A DNA stretch of 64,000 nt from an uncultured Poribacteria bacterium (GCA_951813565.1 OX638351.1:384001-448000), one strand, 5' to 3'; positions 1-11,514 are shown, numbered from the stretch's first letter. The notes: a model not told the origin generated them from the sequence alone. Numbers and translations: made by a program.

Positions 1-720
1 ACCTTCTGATCCACCGGCAGCAAGAAACCTTCCACACGAAGAAAAACAGAGATTACCCCATCTCTCGGACCATTCAAGACGAGAGATTTGTTCACCTGTT
101 TTTACGCTCCACACTGCAATGTATTCAGCGGTACGGTTCTTATGATCATAACAAGTGCCTGCCAACAAACTCAAATCTGGAGAAAAGCAGGTGGGATAGA
201 TGCCATTAATGGATTCGGTTTCTGTTTCACTTAATTTAATTTTTATTTCACTTATTTGCGTGCCGGTGCGCGGGCACCAAGCGTAAACCTTGTTATGCTC
301 CTTATATGCAACGAGACGTTTTCCATCTTCAGAAAAAACAGGTTTGGAAAGTCCTCTACTATCCTGTTTCTCTCTAAATTCCATCTCAGCAATACAACTC
401 TTGTTCTGGATGTCCCACACTCTGAGTGCTTGGAGATATGTATATGCCGCAATCCATTGACCATCGGGCGAAAATGTGACTTTATCAATATACCCTCTAT
501 CCGTCTCCCAGAGCGCAATAGGAGAAAACGCGGGGTATTGGTAGATCCAAAGTCCCATAGTTGATCCAACAACGAAGTACTGTCCATCCGGTGAAAATTC
601 CATATCCCGTACACTGCCCCGTCCCAATCGGGCAATTGCTCCTTCAGGAAGTTCCCATTTAGATACTTCGCTATCGTCAAAATTAAACGGAGTGGTTGTT
701 TGTGTTTTTGCAGCTTCCAT
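1..720 (-). CDS. WD40-repeat protein, N-terminal part (runs off the left edge; absent from the ORF track)
   Basis: ATG at 720 behind AGGAGA; open frame to base 1: MEAAKTQTTTPFNFDDSEVSKWELPEGAIARLGRGSVRDMEFSPDGQYFVVGS...VTFSPDGQWIAA...LRVWDIQ; repeated FSPDG / VW(D/S) blades. Confidence 0.85.
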   Translation of the reverse strand, partial: MEAAKTQTTTPFNFDDSEVSKWELPEGAIARLGRGSVRDMEFSPDGQYFVVGSTMGLWIYQYPAFSPIALWETDRGYIDKVTFSPDGQWIAAYTYLQALRVWDIQNKSCIAEMEFREKQDSRGLSKPVFSEDGKRLVAYKEHNKVYAWCPRTGTQISEIKIKLSETETESINGIYPTCFSPDLSLLAGTCYDHKNRTAEYIAVWSVKTGEQISRLEWSERWGNLCFSSCGRFLAAGGSEG

Positions 721-1226
721 TAAATCTCCTTTGTACAATATTTTCTGTAGTCTATCTAAAAACAGTAAGCTTGATTTACGATACGCAGCGTTTATAGACG
801 CACAATTCATTGTGCGTGATAGGTTGGATTAATACTGTGAAACCGGCAAATTTGGGATTTATCAGATACTTTCTAATAAAATAGACACGTCGAGGCACAG
901 GCACCCCGCGCTGCAAATGAACAAGGAATGGGGTAGAAAGTTATTCTTTATGTTCAAAGTCAAATGAATAAGGTAATCAACTGAACGCTAATATCAGTAA
1001 CGCCGTGGAGGCGTGAATATAGTCAATAGGATTAAAAGTCTACTCGCAACTATACATATGTTCCCTATTGGGACACATTCGGTGCGATGAAACTAAACAC
1101 AAGTTGAAGATATTTCCTTATAGGTAGGATATTGTTGGGTGGATAATGACAAAACTATGCGAAACCTGATCAAATGTTGGTAGGATGTTAATTAATTTAA
1201 ATGATTGGAGAATTTAGGAAAAGAAA

Positions 1227-1300
1227 TGGGCTTACCTGGAATCGAACCAGGGACCTCGCGCTTATCAGGCGCGCGCTCTAACCTTCTGAGCTATAAGCCC
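1227..1300 (-). tRNA. tRNA-Ile(GAU), CCA not encoded
   Basis: Reverse complement GGGCTTATAGCTCAGAAGGTTAGAGCGCGCGCCTGATAAGCGCGAGGTCCCTGGTTCGATTCCAGGTAAGCCCA folds as a cloverleaf with anticodon GAT. Confidence 0.97.
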
Positions 1301-1413
1301 CTGAGAGAAGTAAGAAAGTATGTTTTTTGAAAGTTAAATAGGAAGTCGTATATGCCTTGTAAAGTTTAGAGCGTAATGAACAAGGAGATTGTGTGAGAAT
1401 ACCCTTGTTATTG

Positions 1414-2974
<1,561 letters not shown>

Positions 2975-3041
2975 GTATTGAAGTACATCTTCAAATAATT
3001 GAAGCGCACTCACAAGCTATATAATAGGCACGTCACGTTCA

Positions 3042-3062
3042 CTATTTAACTTTCAAAGAACA
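3042..3062 (-). promoter_or_regulatory. rrn leader: boxA-like motif and 16S processing-stem arm
   Basis: Minus strand TGTTCTTTGAAAGTTAAATAG; its complement recurs in the trailer at about 1321-1341, so leader and trailer can pair. Confidence 0.7.
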
Positions 3063-3095
3063 ACTTTACCTTCCTGAAATTGAAAGGTAATCTTA

Positions 3096-3124
3096 ATTAT
3101 ACACTTTAAAAAATGCTTTGTCAA
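3096..3124 (-). promoter_or_regulatory. sigma70 promoter of the 16S-tRNA-Ile unit
   Basis: Perfect TTGACA-N17-TATAAT on the minus strand with an AT-rich upstream tract. Confidence 0.9.
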
Positions 3125-3245
3125 ATAAAAATGTAAAAAAATGCATAATTTTGGCAAAATATATGCTTTTTAAGGAATCTAAGCGTTTTTACCGCTTTGC
3201 AAGCAGTATATGTGACTACATGTTCGCGATTTCTAACACATATCT

Positions 3246-3986
3246 TTAATCGTCTATTAACTCTGATCCGTCTATTGCCTCTGTCTCTGTTACAGTAGTT
3301 TCTATCTCGAAGCGCTTTACATCATCTCCTTCAAGCAGAGACGGGTCCAAATCCGAACCAACGACAACATGTACTGGACGACCGCCCTGAGCCTTTGCCT
3401 GATTGAGCAGTGTAAGAACACCCATTAATTGTCTGCGATTTTCCTGTTCCTCTTCAGGTAAAACCTGAATCCATGCTTCAAAAAGTGCTGTTAGATCGTC
3501 GAGTTCAACAGGACCTCCAGACATCTGCCGCAGTCTATCCATTATTGCGTCAACTTCGGATGATTGACCGTATTTCTCGGTGAGATGTGCTTGCGCTCTT
3601 TCAAAGTCTTCTTCTTTTGCATCTTCGTCAAGAAGTGATTTAACTTCTTCAGGGATTCCAAAAGCAGAAAGCAGTTGTGTCGGGTCAAATTCGGATTCAT
3701 CTGTTTTTTCAGCAGATGTTTCTTTATCTTTTATGATGTTATTCGGATCAGACTCAACTACAGGTTTTGGTTCAATCTCAATATTTTCGTTAACTGATTT
3801 TGGTAATAGTGTTGAATTAGATTTTTCGGATGCGGCTTCAGATGGCATAGTGGACTGCGGAGATACCCCAATTTCTGATTCGAAACGTTTGTAACTTCTC
3901 TGTGAGAAAAAATAGGTGCCTGCGAGAAGAAGAATGGCAATAATTACCATACCTCCAATTACTTTGAGATCGAGTTGTTTGAACAT
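3246..3986 (-). CDS. Hypothetical N-terminally membrane-anchored acidic protein
   Basis: 246 aa, AGGAGAG RBS, one N-terminal hydrophobic helix then a P/E/S/K-rich linker. Confidence 0.75.
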   Translation of the reverse strand: MFKQLDLKVIGGMVIIAILLLAGTYFFSQRSYKRFESEIGVSPQSTMPSEAASEKSNSTLLPKSVNENIEIEPKPVVESDPNNIIKDKETSAEKTDESEFDPTQLLSAFGIPEEVKSLLDEDAKEEDFERAQAHLTEKYGQSSEVDAIMDRLRQMSGGPVELDDLTALFEAWIQVLPEEEQENRRQLMGVLTLLNQAKAQGGRPVHVVVGSDLDPSLLEGDDVKRFEIETTVTETEAIDGSELIDD

Positions 3987-4131
3987 TATCTCTCCTTTTC
4001 TTTACAGTGGTTAATTTGCGGTGGACACTTTTATGTTTGGTTTATGTGTCCTTGATGTACACCGAAGTACTGTAATCACACACTTAGCACACTAAAATGT
4101 TCCAAAATATTGTAGGTGTTTATTGGATAGT

Positions 4132-4276
4132 TTATACGACACCGCCACTGATGGCAGGAAGGAAATGAAGTTCAACGTTTGCGTCAACGCTTTCGTACAT
4201 GTCTATCCTGATGAAAACGTGTTGACGTAAATACCTATGTCTGATAAGTGCGATTATCTTTACACCTTCGCTTCAT
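4132..4276 (-). pseudogene. Decayed 3' half of a MoaD/ThiS gene (duplicate of 5567-5848)
   Basis: Translates with frameshifts to IGIYVN...IRIDMYESVDANVELHFLPAISGGVV*, matching IGVYING..TRVGMHARVDADAELHFLPAISGGVA of the intact gene. Confidence 0.85.
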
Positions 4277-4285
4277 TGAAGTTTT

Positions 4286-5074
4286 TTATGGCCAATATGT
4301 TATGTTTTTTCCGGTTGTTTCTGATGCATCAACGTATTGAGCCAGATCACGCAACGCAATGACGGTACAGTTTCTGTCACGCAGATAATCCATGTAAGTC
4401 TTAAACATCTCGGGAGAGACATCAACCCACGGATGTTCAACGGCAGGCACACCGTGAAACGTTAGGACTGCGATCTTTCCGTCCTTAGCCTGTTCAACCG
4501 CCCAAACCAAATCCTCGATTTCGTAGTTCGGACCGGGCACACCTGTTGACGGGATGACTAACGGATGATGGACATCCGGATCGTAAGCTGGTCCACGCCC
4601 ACCTTCTAAATCATAGAGAAACTCCGGCCCAACACCCCGCCGTGCAAAACGATACCTTTTTTCTGTCAACACTTCTACCGCTTCTGGTCCGCGACTATCA
4701 CCAGGATAGCCAAACGTTTCAGGTACAGGGATACCGTATTCTTCACATCTTTTATCAATGTGTATCAAATCCGCAAGGAACTCTTCTTTCGATTGTGTGT
4801 TGATGTTCTTATGATGACGGGTGTGGTTACCGATCTCAAAACTCTCCTCGTGCAATTGACGGATCTCTTCCCATGTGACATAGTGATCTTTGTTGTTCAG
4901 AAAACCGAGACCTTCTGTAATGAAAAAAGTTGCCCCAAAACCGTAACGTTTTAACAGAGGTGCAACGTAAGTATAATCCGACTTGTTGCCATCGTCAAAG
5001 GTAAGGACAATCAACCCGTTAGGGATGGGTTGTAGTGCCTCATCTTGAGATAATTCTTGATTCTGTTTTTGCAT
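4286..5074 (-). CDS. Polysaccharide deacetylase (NodB/CE4) family protein
   Basis: LTFDDG, GNHTRHH, FGYPG and LTFHG motifs. Confidence 0.9.
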   Translation of the reverse strand: MQKQNQELSQDEALQPIPNGLIVLTFDDGNKSDYTYVAPLLKRYGFGATFFITEGLGFLNNKDHYVTWEEIRQLHEESFEIGNHTRHHKNINTQSKEEFLADLIHIDKRCEEYGIPVPETFGYPGDSRGPEAVEVLTEKRYRFARRGVGPEFLYDLEGGRGPAYDPDVHHPLVIPSTGVPGPNYEIEDLVWAVEQAKDGKIAVLTFHGVPAVEHPWVDVSPEMFKTYMDYLRDRNCTVIALRDLAQYVDASETTGKNITYWP

Positions 5075-5121
5075 TTTTACTCCTAACTATTTAGCTAAGA
5101 ACCTTGACACACTTATTCGCT

Positions 5122-5541
5122 TTACCAACGGCGATGCCCGGTTGAAATTAGAACGGAGATATTACTCGTTTCATCAAGCCATTGGTACCGCGTATATCCA
5201 TCGTGACGATCTTGAAGGGTAAAGGGATATAATAACTCCAATACATCTTTCCAAGACTGACGTGTAAGTTTCCATGTGAAATGGTTTTTAGTATCTGACA
5301 AAACTACTCCAAGCGTATTTAACAAAACTACTCCCAAATTTTGCTCTACAACTTGGGCTGATAGTTTACAACCGTCAACCGATGAGATAAAAGGCAAAGC
5401 GTGAATATCCACTGATGTTCCAGAAACCGAAACCATATCATGTAAAGCTTGGTATAGCTGTTCAGCCTCCCCTGGAACTGACGGCGAAAAAATTAATAAA
5501 GGACAATCTATAGACCCATCTGGTAAGAATTCAAGATACAT
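5122..5541 (-). CDS. Hypothetical protein (start re-called to MYLEFLPDG)
   Basis: GGAGGAG RBS just upstream of ATG 5541; avoids overlap with the MoaD gene. Confidence 0.7.
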   Translation of the reverse strand: MYLEFLPDGSIDCPLLIFSPSVPGEAEQLYQALHDMVSVSGTSVDIHALPFISSVDGCKLSAQVVEQNLGVVLLNTLGVVLSDTKNHFTWKLTRQSWKDVLELLYPFTLQDRHDGYTRYQWLDETSNISVLISTGHRRW

Positions 5542-5566
5542 AAACTCCTCCACAATGTGCAGAGGT

Positions 5567-5848
5567 TTAATGCGGAGTATCAGCAACACCGCCGCTAATA
5601 GCAGGGAGGAAATGGAGTTCTGCGTCTGCGTCAACGCGTGCGTGCATGCCTACTCTTGTGACAACCCCGTTGATATAAACACCGATGCTGGGATGGATAC
5701 GGTCACCATCGCAAAGTTTCGCTTTTGTTCCTGGATAACGGGCCTCCAAATTATCAATGACCTCGCGGATGGTGGTACCGGGGATTGTGACACTATCTTC
5801 ACCGTTTGTTAGGTTTCGCATGAGTGCTGGAATGGCGACAACTGGCAT
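5567..5848 (-). CDS. MoaD/ThiS family sulfur-carrier protein
   Basis: 93 aa ubiquitin-like pattern, TIREVIDNLEARYPG...FLPAISGG; follows a Mo-enzyme operon. Confidence 0.85.
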   Translation of the reverse strand: MPVVAIPALMRNLTNGEDSVTIPGTTIREVIDNLEARYPGTKAKLCDGDRIHPSIGVYINGVVTRVGMHARVDADAELHFLPAISGGVADTPH

Positions 5849-5867
5849 TGAGGTAATTCCTGATTTG

Positions 5868-5893
5868 GTAGGCGCGGTTGAAACCGCGCCTAC
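5868..5893. repeat. GTAG-type REP palindrome
   Basis: GTAGGCGCGGTTGAAACCGCGCCTAC; related copies at 22217-22241 and 49047-49073. Confidence 0.75.
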
Positions 5894-5922
5894 AGATATG
5901 TAGAGATCAAGAATACGATGGC

Positions 5923-8178
5923 TTATATCTTGCCCATCGCTTTCAAGAGTCGGTCAGGTGACATCGGGAGCTCGGTCATGCGGATACCGACAGCATCATA
6001 AATGGCGTTGGCGATCGCAGCGGGTGGCGGAACAATCGGTACTTCACCGACACCACGTACACCGTAAGGGTGCCCCGGATTCGGGACCTCTACAATAACA
6101 GCATCAATCATCGGCAGGTCTAAGCAGGTTGGCATACGGTAATCAAGGAAACTGGCGTTTGTCATTGCGCCTTCGTCGTTGTAGATATATTCCTCATTCA
6201 ATGCCCAACCGATACCTTGTACAACACCACCTTGTATCTGTCCTTCAACGTAACTCGGATGGATGGCTTTGCCAGCATCTTGTGTTGCGGTGTAGCGCAG
6301 AATTTCAACCTTGCCGGTTTCTTCGTCCACTGCCACATCAACAACGTGGGTTGCAAATGCGCCACCAGCACCCGCGGGGTTCATCGTGGCTCTACCAATA
6401 ACGGGTCCCCCAGTTTCACCAAGCCGTGCAGATAGGTCTCGGAAACTAATCTGTTCCTCTTTACCGTTAATAGATGAGAATTCACCATCAGCGAACTGCA
6501 CATTAGCCTCATCAACATCCCAGAGTTTCGCTGCACGTTCAATCATCTGTCGGACAACATCTTGTGCTGCTTCATAGGCGGCATAGCCGGTCGCGTAAGT
6601 TGTACGACTTCCACCTGTCACAGCAGTGTAACCGATGGAATTGGTATCAACAACGGTTGGATTGACCGACTCGGCGGGGATTCCGAGAACTTCCGCTGCT
6701 TGCATCGCAATTGAAGCGCGCGTACCGCCGATGTCTGTAGAGCCTTCTACAAGGTTAACCGTGCCATCGGGATTAACATTAATTGTAACACTGGATTCCA
6801 AGCCGATGTTAAACCAGAAACCTGAAGCGACTCCGCGTCCATGATGTTTTTTGCCATTTGGCGCGGTGTAATGCGGATGTGATTTCGCTGCCTCGACTGT
6901 TTCTATGAAACCGATACGTGGGAAAACGGGTCCATCTGCACGGTGATCTCCCTCTTTTGCACCATTCATGAGACGAATCTCAAGTGGATCTATGTCTAAC
7001 TCTTCCGCGAGTTCGTCAATAACTGTTTCCGATCCGAAAGCTGCATTTGTGGCACCAGGCGCACGATAAGGGGCAGTTTTCGGTTTATTGACGACAACGT
7101 CATAACCATCAATCAGGACGTTTTCAGTGTTGTAAGGCGCGAAAATGCACATTGCCCCTGCGCCGACAGGCGAACCGGGATACGCGCCCGCTTCAAAAAC
7201 CATAGATGTCTGGGCAGCAGTGATTTTACCATCTTTGGTAGCACCCATCTTCACCGTGATATAAGATGCAGGTGTTGGTCCTGTGCCTTCAAATACGTCT
7301 GCGCGGTTCATTAAGACTTTGACCGGCTTGCCTGTTTTCTTCGCAAGCAGTGCGGCAACAGGTTTGATGTACACGTTGATCTTACCACCAAAGCCACCAC
7401 CGATTTCCAATGGAACAACCTTGATTTTGGAAATGGGATATTGCAAAATTTCAGCGAGTTGTTCGCGGACTGTAAATGCACCTTGCGTGCTACACCATAC
7501 CGTCAACTGCCCATCAGGATTGTAAAGTGCTGTTGCGTTATGTGGTTCAATATAACCTTGATGAACGGTACCTGTAACAAATTCGCGTTCAATAACCACA
7601 TCTGCCTCGTCAAAGCCTTTTTCAATATCACCTTTTTTGTGCTGGAGGTGGCTCGCGACGTTGCTCGGTTTGTCCCCTGTTTCACCAAGGGAAGATGTTC
7701 TCAAGTTCTCATGTAGGACAGGTGCATCTGGTTCCATTGCTGCGCGCACTTCTAACACAGGCGGCAGCACCTCATATTCAACATCAATGAGTTCGCATGC
7801 TTCTTCAGCAATGTGCGGATTCGTTGCAGCAACAGCGGCGATGGCGTGTCCCTTATAGAGCGCTTTATCGCTTGCCAAAATGTTATCGCAAAGATATTTG
7901 AGATTAACAGCACCTTCCCCAAGGTCTGCCATTTTGTCCTCTGCCGCGGGCAGGTCTTGTGCAGTAACGACACCTTTAACACCGGGGTGTGCTTCGGCAC
8001 GGCTTGTGTCGATTGAAACGATACGTGCGTGGGCATGTGGACTCCGTAGCACTCTACCGTGCAGGAGTCCGGTAATCTGAAAATCTGCTCCATAAATTGC
8101 CCTACCGGTGACTTTATCAACGCCGTCATGCCGGATGGGCCGAGTTCCGATAACTTTATATTCTTTCTTTTCAGACAT
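5923..8178 (-). CDS. Xanthine dehydrogenase-family molybdopterin-binding (large) subunit
   Basis: DKVTGRAIY, LRSPHAHARI, HQGYIEPH, GGGFGGK, EGQIQGG, GVRGVGE motifs; start MSEKKEY behind AGGAG. Confidence 0.95.
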   Translation of the reverse strand: MSEKKEYKVIGTRPIRHDGVDKVTGRAIYGADFQITGLLHGRVLRSPHAHARIVSIDTSRAEAHPGVKGVVTAQDLPAAEDKMADLGEGAVNLKYLCDNILASDKALYKGHAIAAVAATNPHIAEEACELIDVEYEVLPPVLEVRAAMEPDAPVLHENLRTSSLGETGDKPSNVASHLQHKKGDIEKGFDEADVVIEREFVTGTVHQGYIEPHNATALYNPDGQLTVWCSTQGAFTVREQLAEILQYPISKIKVVPLEIGGGFGGKINVYIKPVAALLAKKTGKPVKVLMNRADVFEGTGPTPASYITVKMGATKDGKITAAQTSMVFEAGAYPGSPVGAGAMCIFAPYNTENVLIDGYDVVVNKPKTAPYRAPGATNAAFGSETVIDELAEELDIDPLEIRLMNGAKEGDHRADGPVFPRIGFIETVEAAKSHPHYTAPNGKKHHGRGVASGFWFNIGLESSVTINVNPDGTVNLVEGSTDIGGTRASIAMQAAEVLGIPAESVNPTVVDTNSIGYTAVTGGSRTTYATGYAAYEAAQDVVRQMIERAAKLWDVDEANVQFADGEFSSINGKEEQISFRDLSARLGETGGPVIGRATMNPAGAGGAFATHVVDVAVDEETGKVEILRYTATQDAGKAIHPSYVEGQIQGGVVQGIGWALNEEYIYNDEGAMTNASFLDYRMPTCLDLPMIDAVIVEVPNPGHPYGVRGVGEVPIVPPPAAIANAIYDAVGIRMTELPMSPDRLLKAMGKI

Positions 8179-8191
8179 AGGGACGCTCCTT

Positions 8192-8662
8192 TTACGTAGC
8201 TGCGGCTGCATCAAGTACAGCGCGAACGATTTTATCATAACCGGTACAGCGGCATAAATTTCCAGCTAACCAGTATCGGACTTCGTGTTCTGTTGGGTTC
8301 GGGTTTTGATCAAGTAAGGCTTTTGCGCTCATAATAAAGCCAGGTGTGCAAATACCACACTGAAGCGCTGCGTTTTCAAGGAAGGCATCTTGAATCGGGT
8401 GTAATTTATCTGGATCAGCAAGTCCCTCAATGGTTTCGACAGATTTACCATCAGTTTCTACACCGAGGACAAGGCATGAATTGACAAGTCTACCATCAAG
8501 AATAACACTGCAGGCACCACAATTCCCGTTGTTGCATCCCTCTTTTGCGCCAGTGAGGTGGAGTTCGTCTCTGAGGACTTCCAGTAGACTTTGCCGAGGT
8601 TCGCAGAGAAATTCCACCGCTTCACCATTAATTGTGGTTTGAACGTGCGATTTTCTCGCCAT
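8192..8662 (-). CDS. Xanthine dehydrogenase-family (2Fe-2S) small subunit
   Basis: GCNNGNCGAC and QCGICTPG...NLCRCTGY; start MARKSHV. Confidence 0.95.
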   Translation of the reverse strand: MARKSHVQTTINGEAVEFLCEPRQSLLEVLRDELHLTGAKEGCNNGNCGACSVILDGRLVNSCLVLGVETDGKSVETIEGLADPDKLHPIQDAFLENAALQCGICTPGFIMSAKALLDQNPNPTEHEVRYWLAGNLCRCTGYDKIVRAVLDAAAAT

Positions 8663-8784
8663 AGTATCGGTTCCTTTCGTATTTAGTAAGCCGGAAAAAC
8701 TTTTTCTTTCCGGTAGAGATATAAGGTAATAAATTCCGTTCCGATCTCCTAAAAAATAATCGGTTGGAAGGACAATTGGCAAAA

Positions 8785-9663
8785 TTACGCTGCGTCTTTG
8801 ACTCTCTGAATCGCACCGTTGAGCGCGCGTCGCGTCAGTACGCCCACGAGATGTGTCCGCTGTTCCGCAGTGCCGCGCATATCGCTAATCGGGCGGGCAA
8901 TGGCTTGTGCAGCTTGTGCAGCTTCGTCAATAGTGGCATCAGAGATTTCTTTACCTGCGAGTAGCGCGCTGACCTCTTCAGCAAAGAGGGGTGTGGGCGC
9001 GACAGCGCCGAGTGAGACGCGGGCAGAGACAATACGTTGTTTTGCTTCATCCAGGACAACAGCGGCACCTGCACCGACGACTGCAATATCCATTTCGTTG
9101 CGCGGGATAAATCTAAGATAGTAGGAGCTGGAATTTTGCTGCGGTGCTGGGACTTTTATGGAGACAAGTATCTCACCTTTTCCGAGTACAGTCTGTCCGG
9201 GGCCAGTGCAAAAATCTTCAACAGGTATTTCGCGTTCGCCGTTTGGACCAGCAATGACACAGGTAGCGTTTAAGACAATTAGCGGCGGTATACAATCTGC
9301 AGCAGGCGAGGCGTTGCAAAGGTTGCCCCCTACCGCAGCGCGTCCCTGAATTGCGGTGCCTCCGATAATTTTAGTCGCATCTACTAAACCGGGATATGCC
9401 TCGCAAATGGCATCAACAGCATAAACCTCATAACACGGCACCGCTGCGCCGAGGGTCAACCCTGTTTTGGCGTCATAATCTAATACGTTGACTTCTGGGA
9501 TGGATTTGATGTCTATCATCCAGCCAAGCGTTCTTCTACCCTCTCTTGCTTGAACGATAAGGTCAGTACCACCTGCCAGGATTCGGGCATGGTCTCCCTT
9601 TTCATCAAGCAATGTAACAGCTTCGGATACCGTTTTTGCTGCAATATATTCAAATGCTTGCAT
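8785..9663 (-). CDS. Xanthine dehydrogenase-family FAD-binding medium subunit
   Basis: LAGGTDL, GGNLCNASPAAD and PISDMRG motifs. Confidence 0.95.
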   Translation of the reverse strand: MQAFEYIAAKTVSEAVTLLDEKGDHARILAGGTDLIVQAREGRRTLGWMIDIKSIPEVNVLDYDAKTGLTLGAAVPCYEVYAVDAICEAYPGLVDATKIIGGTAIQGRAAVGGNLCNASPAADCIPPLIVLNATCVIAGPNGEREIPVEDFCTGPGQTVLGKGEILVSIKVPAPQQNSSSYYLRFIPRNEMDIAVVGAGAAVVLDEAKQRIVSARVSLGAVAPTPLFAEEVSALLAGKEISDATIDEAAQAAQAIARPISDMRGTAEQRTHLVGVLTRRALNGAIQRVKDAA

Positions 9664-9716
9664 GGGCAACAATCTCCTTTCATTTTGATTTTGGAAAAAC
9701 TGTTATTTTTAGTTAG

Positions 9717-9744
9717 ATTATACCACATATAAGAAAAGATGCAA
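9717..9744 (-). promoter_or_regulatory. sigma70 promoter of the Mo-hydroxylase operon
   Basis: TTGCAT-N16-TATAAT with extended TG (TGTGGTATAAT). Confidence 0.65.
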
Positions 9745-9822
9745 GTTTTTTCGTTAGTGTCAACCCACATAAATTGGATATTTTTCAGAAGTTATGCTAT
9801 TCTTTAAAAAGAGGAGGGAACT

Positions 9823-10323
9823 ATGCGAAAATTGTGGATAAAGCGCACTGTGCAGATTTGCGGATGTGTTGTGTTCTGCTGTGTATTTGCAGTGGCACAG
9901 AAAAGTGAGGATCCTGTGAAGGAAGGCATTACTTTGGCGGACCTCGGTGTGACACCGGCACAAAAAACCCAAATTGATGCGATGTGGAAACTGAAACGCC
10001 AGAAACATATACAGGCAGTCAAAGATTTGAAAACCTTAAATCGATTTGTAAAAGATACGCTTATTGGTGAGAAAGAGATTAAGGAGACACTGAAGAAATT
10101 CCGAACAAAACGGAAGGAGATGCAGGATGAGATTGATAAGGCAGAAGAAGCGTTAATAAAGACTTTGCCGCCACGGGCACAGCTCCATCTGACAGTTTTA
10201 GGTATTTTGGATAACGGTTTACCACGCCGAACGACGAGGACACAAGCAGATAAAGAGGTAGGACAAAAAAATAGCGATAGTTCAACACCTCTTGAACAAT
10301 CGCCGGACAAAACATCGCAATAA
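9823..10323 (+). CDS. Secreted helical hypothetical protein (possibly Spy/CpxP-like)
   Basis: GAGGAGG RBS, signal peptide, LGVTPAQK...LPPRAQ pattern; family call is weak. Confidence 0.65.
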   Translation: MRKLWIKRTVQICGCVVFCCVFAVAQKSEDPVKEGITLADLGVTPAQKTQIDAMWKLKRQKHIQAVKDLKTLNRFVKDTLIGEKEIKETLKKFRTKRKEMQDEIDKAEEALIKTLPPRAQLHLTVLGILDNGLPRRTTRTQADKEVGQKNSDSSTPLEQSPDKTSQ

Positions 10324-10326
10324 AAA

Positions 10327-10402
10327 TGGTGGAGGATACCAGACTTGAACTGGTGACCCCTTGCATGCCATGCAAGTGCTCTCCCAACTGAGCTAATCCC
10401 CC
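10327..10402 (-). tRNA. tRNA-Ala(GGC) with encoded CCA
   Basis: GGGGGATTAGCTCAGTTGGGAGAGCACTTGCATGGCATGCAAGGGGTCACCAGTTCAAGTCTGGTATCCTCCACCA; G3:U70 pair; TTGCTT-N17-TATCAT promoter at 10422-10450. Confidence 0.97.
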
Positions 10403-10476
10403 ACCTGATTTAACTTTTTTAATGATAACATATATCCGCATAAAAAGCAAATAAATTTGAGTTTTTCAAGAAAATC

Positions 10477-11310
10477 ATGAAAAATAGCGAAACTGATACA
10501 TTTTTTTATTTCGCAGATCAGCCAGATAGTGAAGTTGGACTCGCCATCGGTGCGTTACTTATTGCACAAAGCGAATATCCGGATGTTGTTATTGACGACT
10601 ACCTTCAGAAGTTAGGCGAAATGGCGGATGAAGTGCGGGAGAGGCTATCTGAAACGGCACCACCCCACGAACAGATTGCTGAGTATAATCACTATTTTTT
10701 TGCGGAAAACAGGTTCAAAAGAGAGATTGTCGGTTTTTACGATCCTGCTAACAATTATCTTAACGATGTCATTGATAGAATGACCGGCATTGATGTGACT
10801 CTTTATGTGCTTTATATTGAAATCGGTAGGAAAGCTGGTTTGCCGCTCTCCGCTATTAATGTGCCTTCTTTTTGCATTGTCAAGTATAAATTCAAGCATT
10901 TCGATATTTTCTTAGATTTAGGTGACGAAGGTCGGATTATATCAGAGGAAAGCCTCCGGGATAAATTAGAAATTGTATACGGTGAAGAGGCTGACCTACA
11001 GCGCAGATCGCTTAATGAAGATGCAAATAAGGAGACGTTAGCTCGGATTTTACGTAATCTGGCACGGATATATACTGATGAGAATGAACACGACAAAGCG
11101 ATTCAAGCACTCAAACGCATCACATGGCTTACACCACAATATATGACTCCGTATCGTCGCCTCGGGAACCTCTTTTATCAAGTAGGCAATTACAATGAAG
11201 CATTGACCGCTTTTGAGACATATTTAGATGGTATAGAGAGTCCATCAAACGAAGAACATGTCATTGAAAATATTCGGACGCTTCGCAGGATACTTGCAAA
11301 GATGAATTGA
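10477..11310 (+). CDS. SirB1/transglutaminase-like (Transglut_core2) protein with C-terminal TPRs
   Basis: FYDPANNYLNDVIDRMTGI.VTL..LYIEIG, LARILRNL, TPR-like C terminus. Confidence 0.8.
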   Translation: MKNSETDTFFYFADQPDSEVGLAIGALLIAQSEYPDVVIDDYLQKLGEMADEVRERLSETAPPHEQIAEYNHYFFAENRFKREIVGFYDPANNYLNDVIDRMTGIDVTLYVLYIEIGRKAGLPLSAINVPSFCIVKYKFKHFDIFLDLGDEGRIISEESLRDKLEIVYGEEADLQRRSLNEDANKETLARILRNLARIYTDENEHDKAIQALKRITWLTPQYMTPYRRLGNLFYQVGNYNEALTAFETYLDGIESPSNEEHVIENIRTLRRILAKMN

Positions 11311-11349
11311 TACGCCTGAAGTTGTCCTAACAAAGCAGCCAATATAATC

Positions 11350-11495
11350 GTAGGTTGGGTAGAGCGATAAAAAAACAAGTTTTATCAAGTTTCTACGAAA
11401 AGTGATTCATTGCTATAGGCGTATTTAGTGTTGATTTGAACAATCAACTAATGTGGATATAAAAAGTGTTGGGTTTCGCTGTCGCTCTACCCTAC
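11350..11495. repeat. REPIN-like inverted pair of GTTGGGTAGAGCG-type repeats
   Basis: GTAGGTTGGGTAGAGCG...GTTGGGTTTCGCTGTCGCTCTACCC; the same family lies inside the elements at 28.7 and 35.6 kb. Confidence 0.65.
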
Positions 11496-11514
11496 AGTTT
11501 AAGGTCAATGTCCA

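Noticed and set aside
252..680. 142-aa and 102-aa ORFs in the track
   Set aside because: Shadow frames of the WD40 gene (1-720, minus), which has the RBS and recognisable motifs
850..1200. Possible ncRNA or 23S remnant downstream of tRNA-Ile
   Set aside because: No 23S 5' motifs and no convincing stable structure seen
5923..9663. Aerobic CO dehydrogenase coxMSL
   Set aside because: Lacks the AYxCSFR copper-binding loop and accessory cox genes
10327..10402. tRNA-Ala as an island integration site
   Set aside because: No duplicated tRNA 3' end and no integrase found in the window
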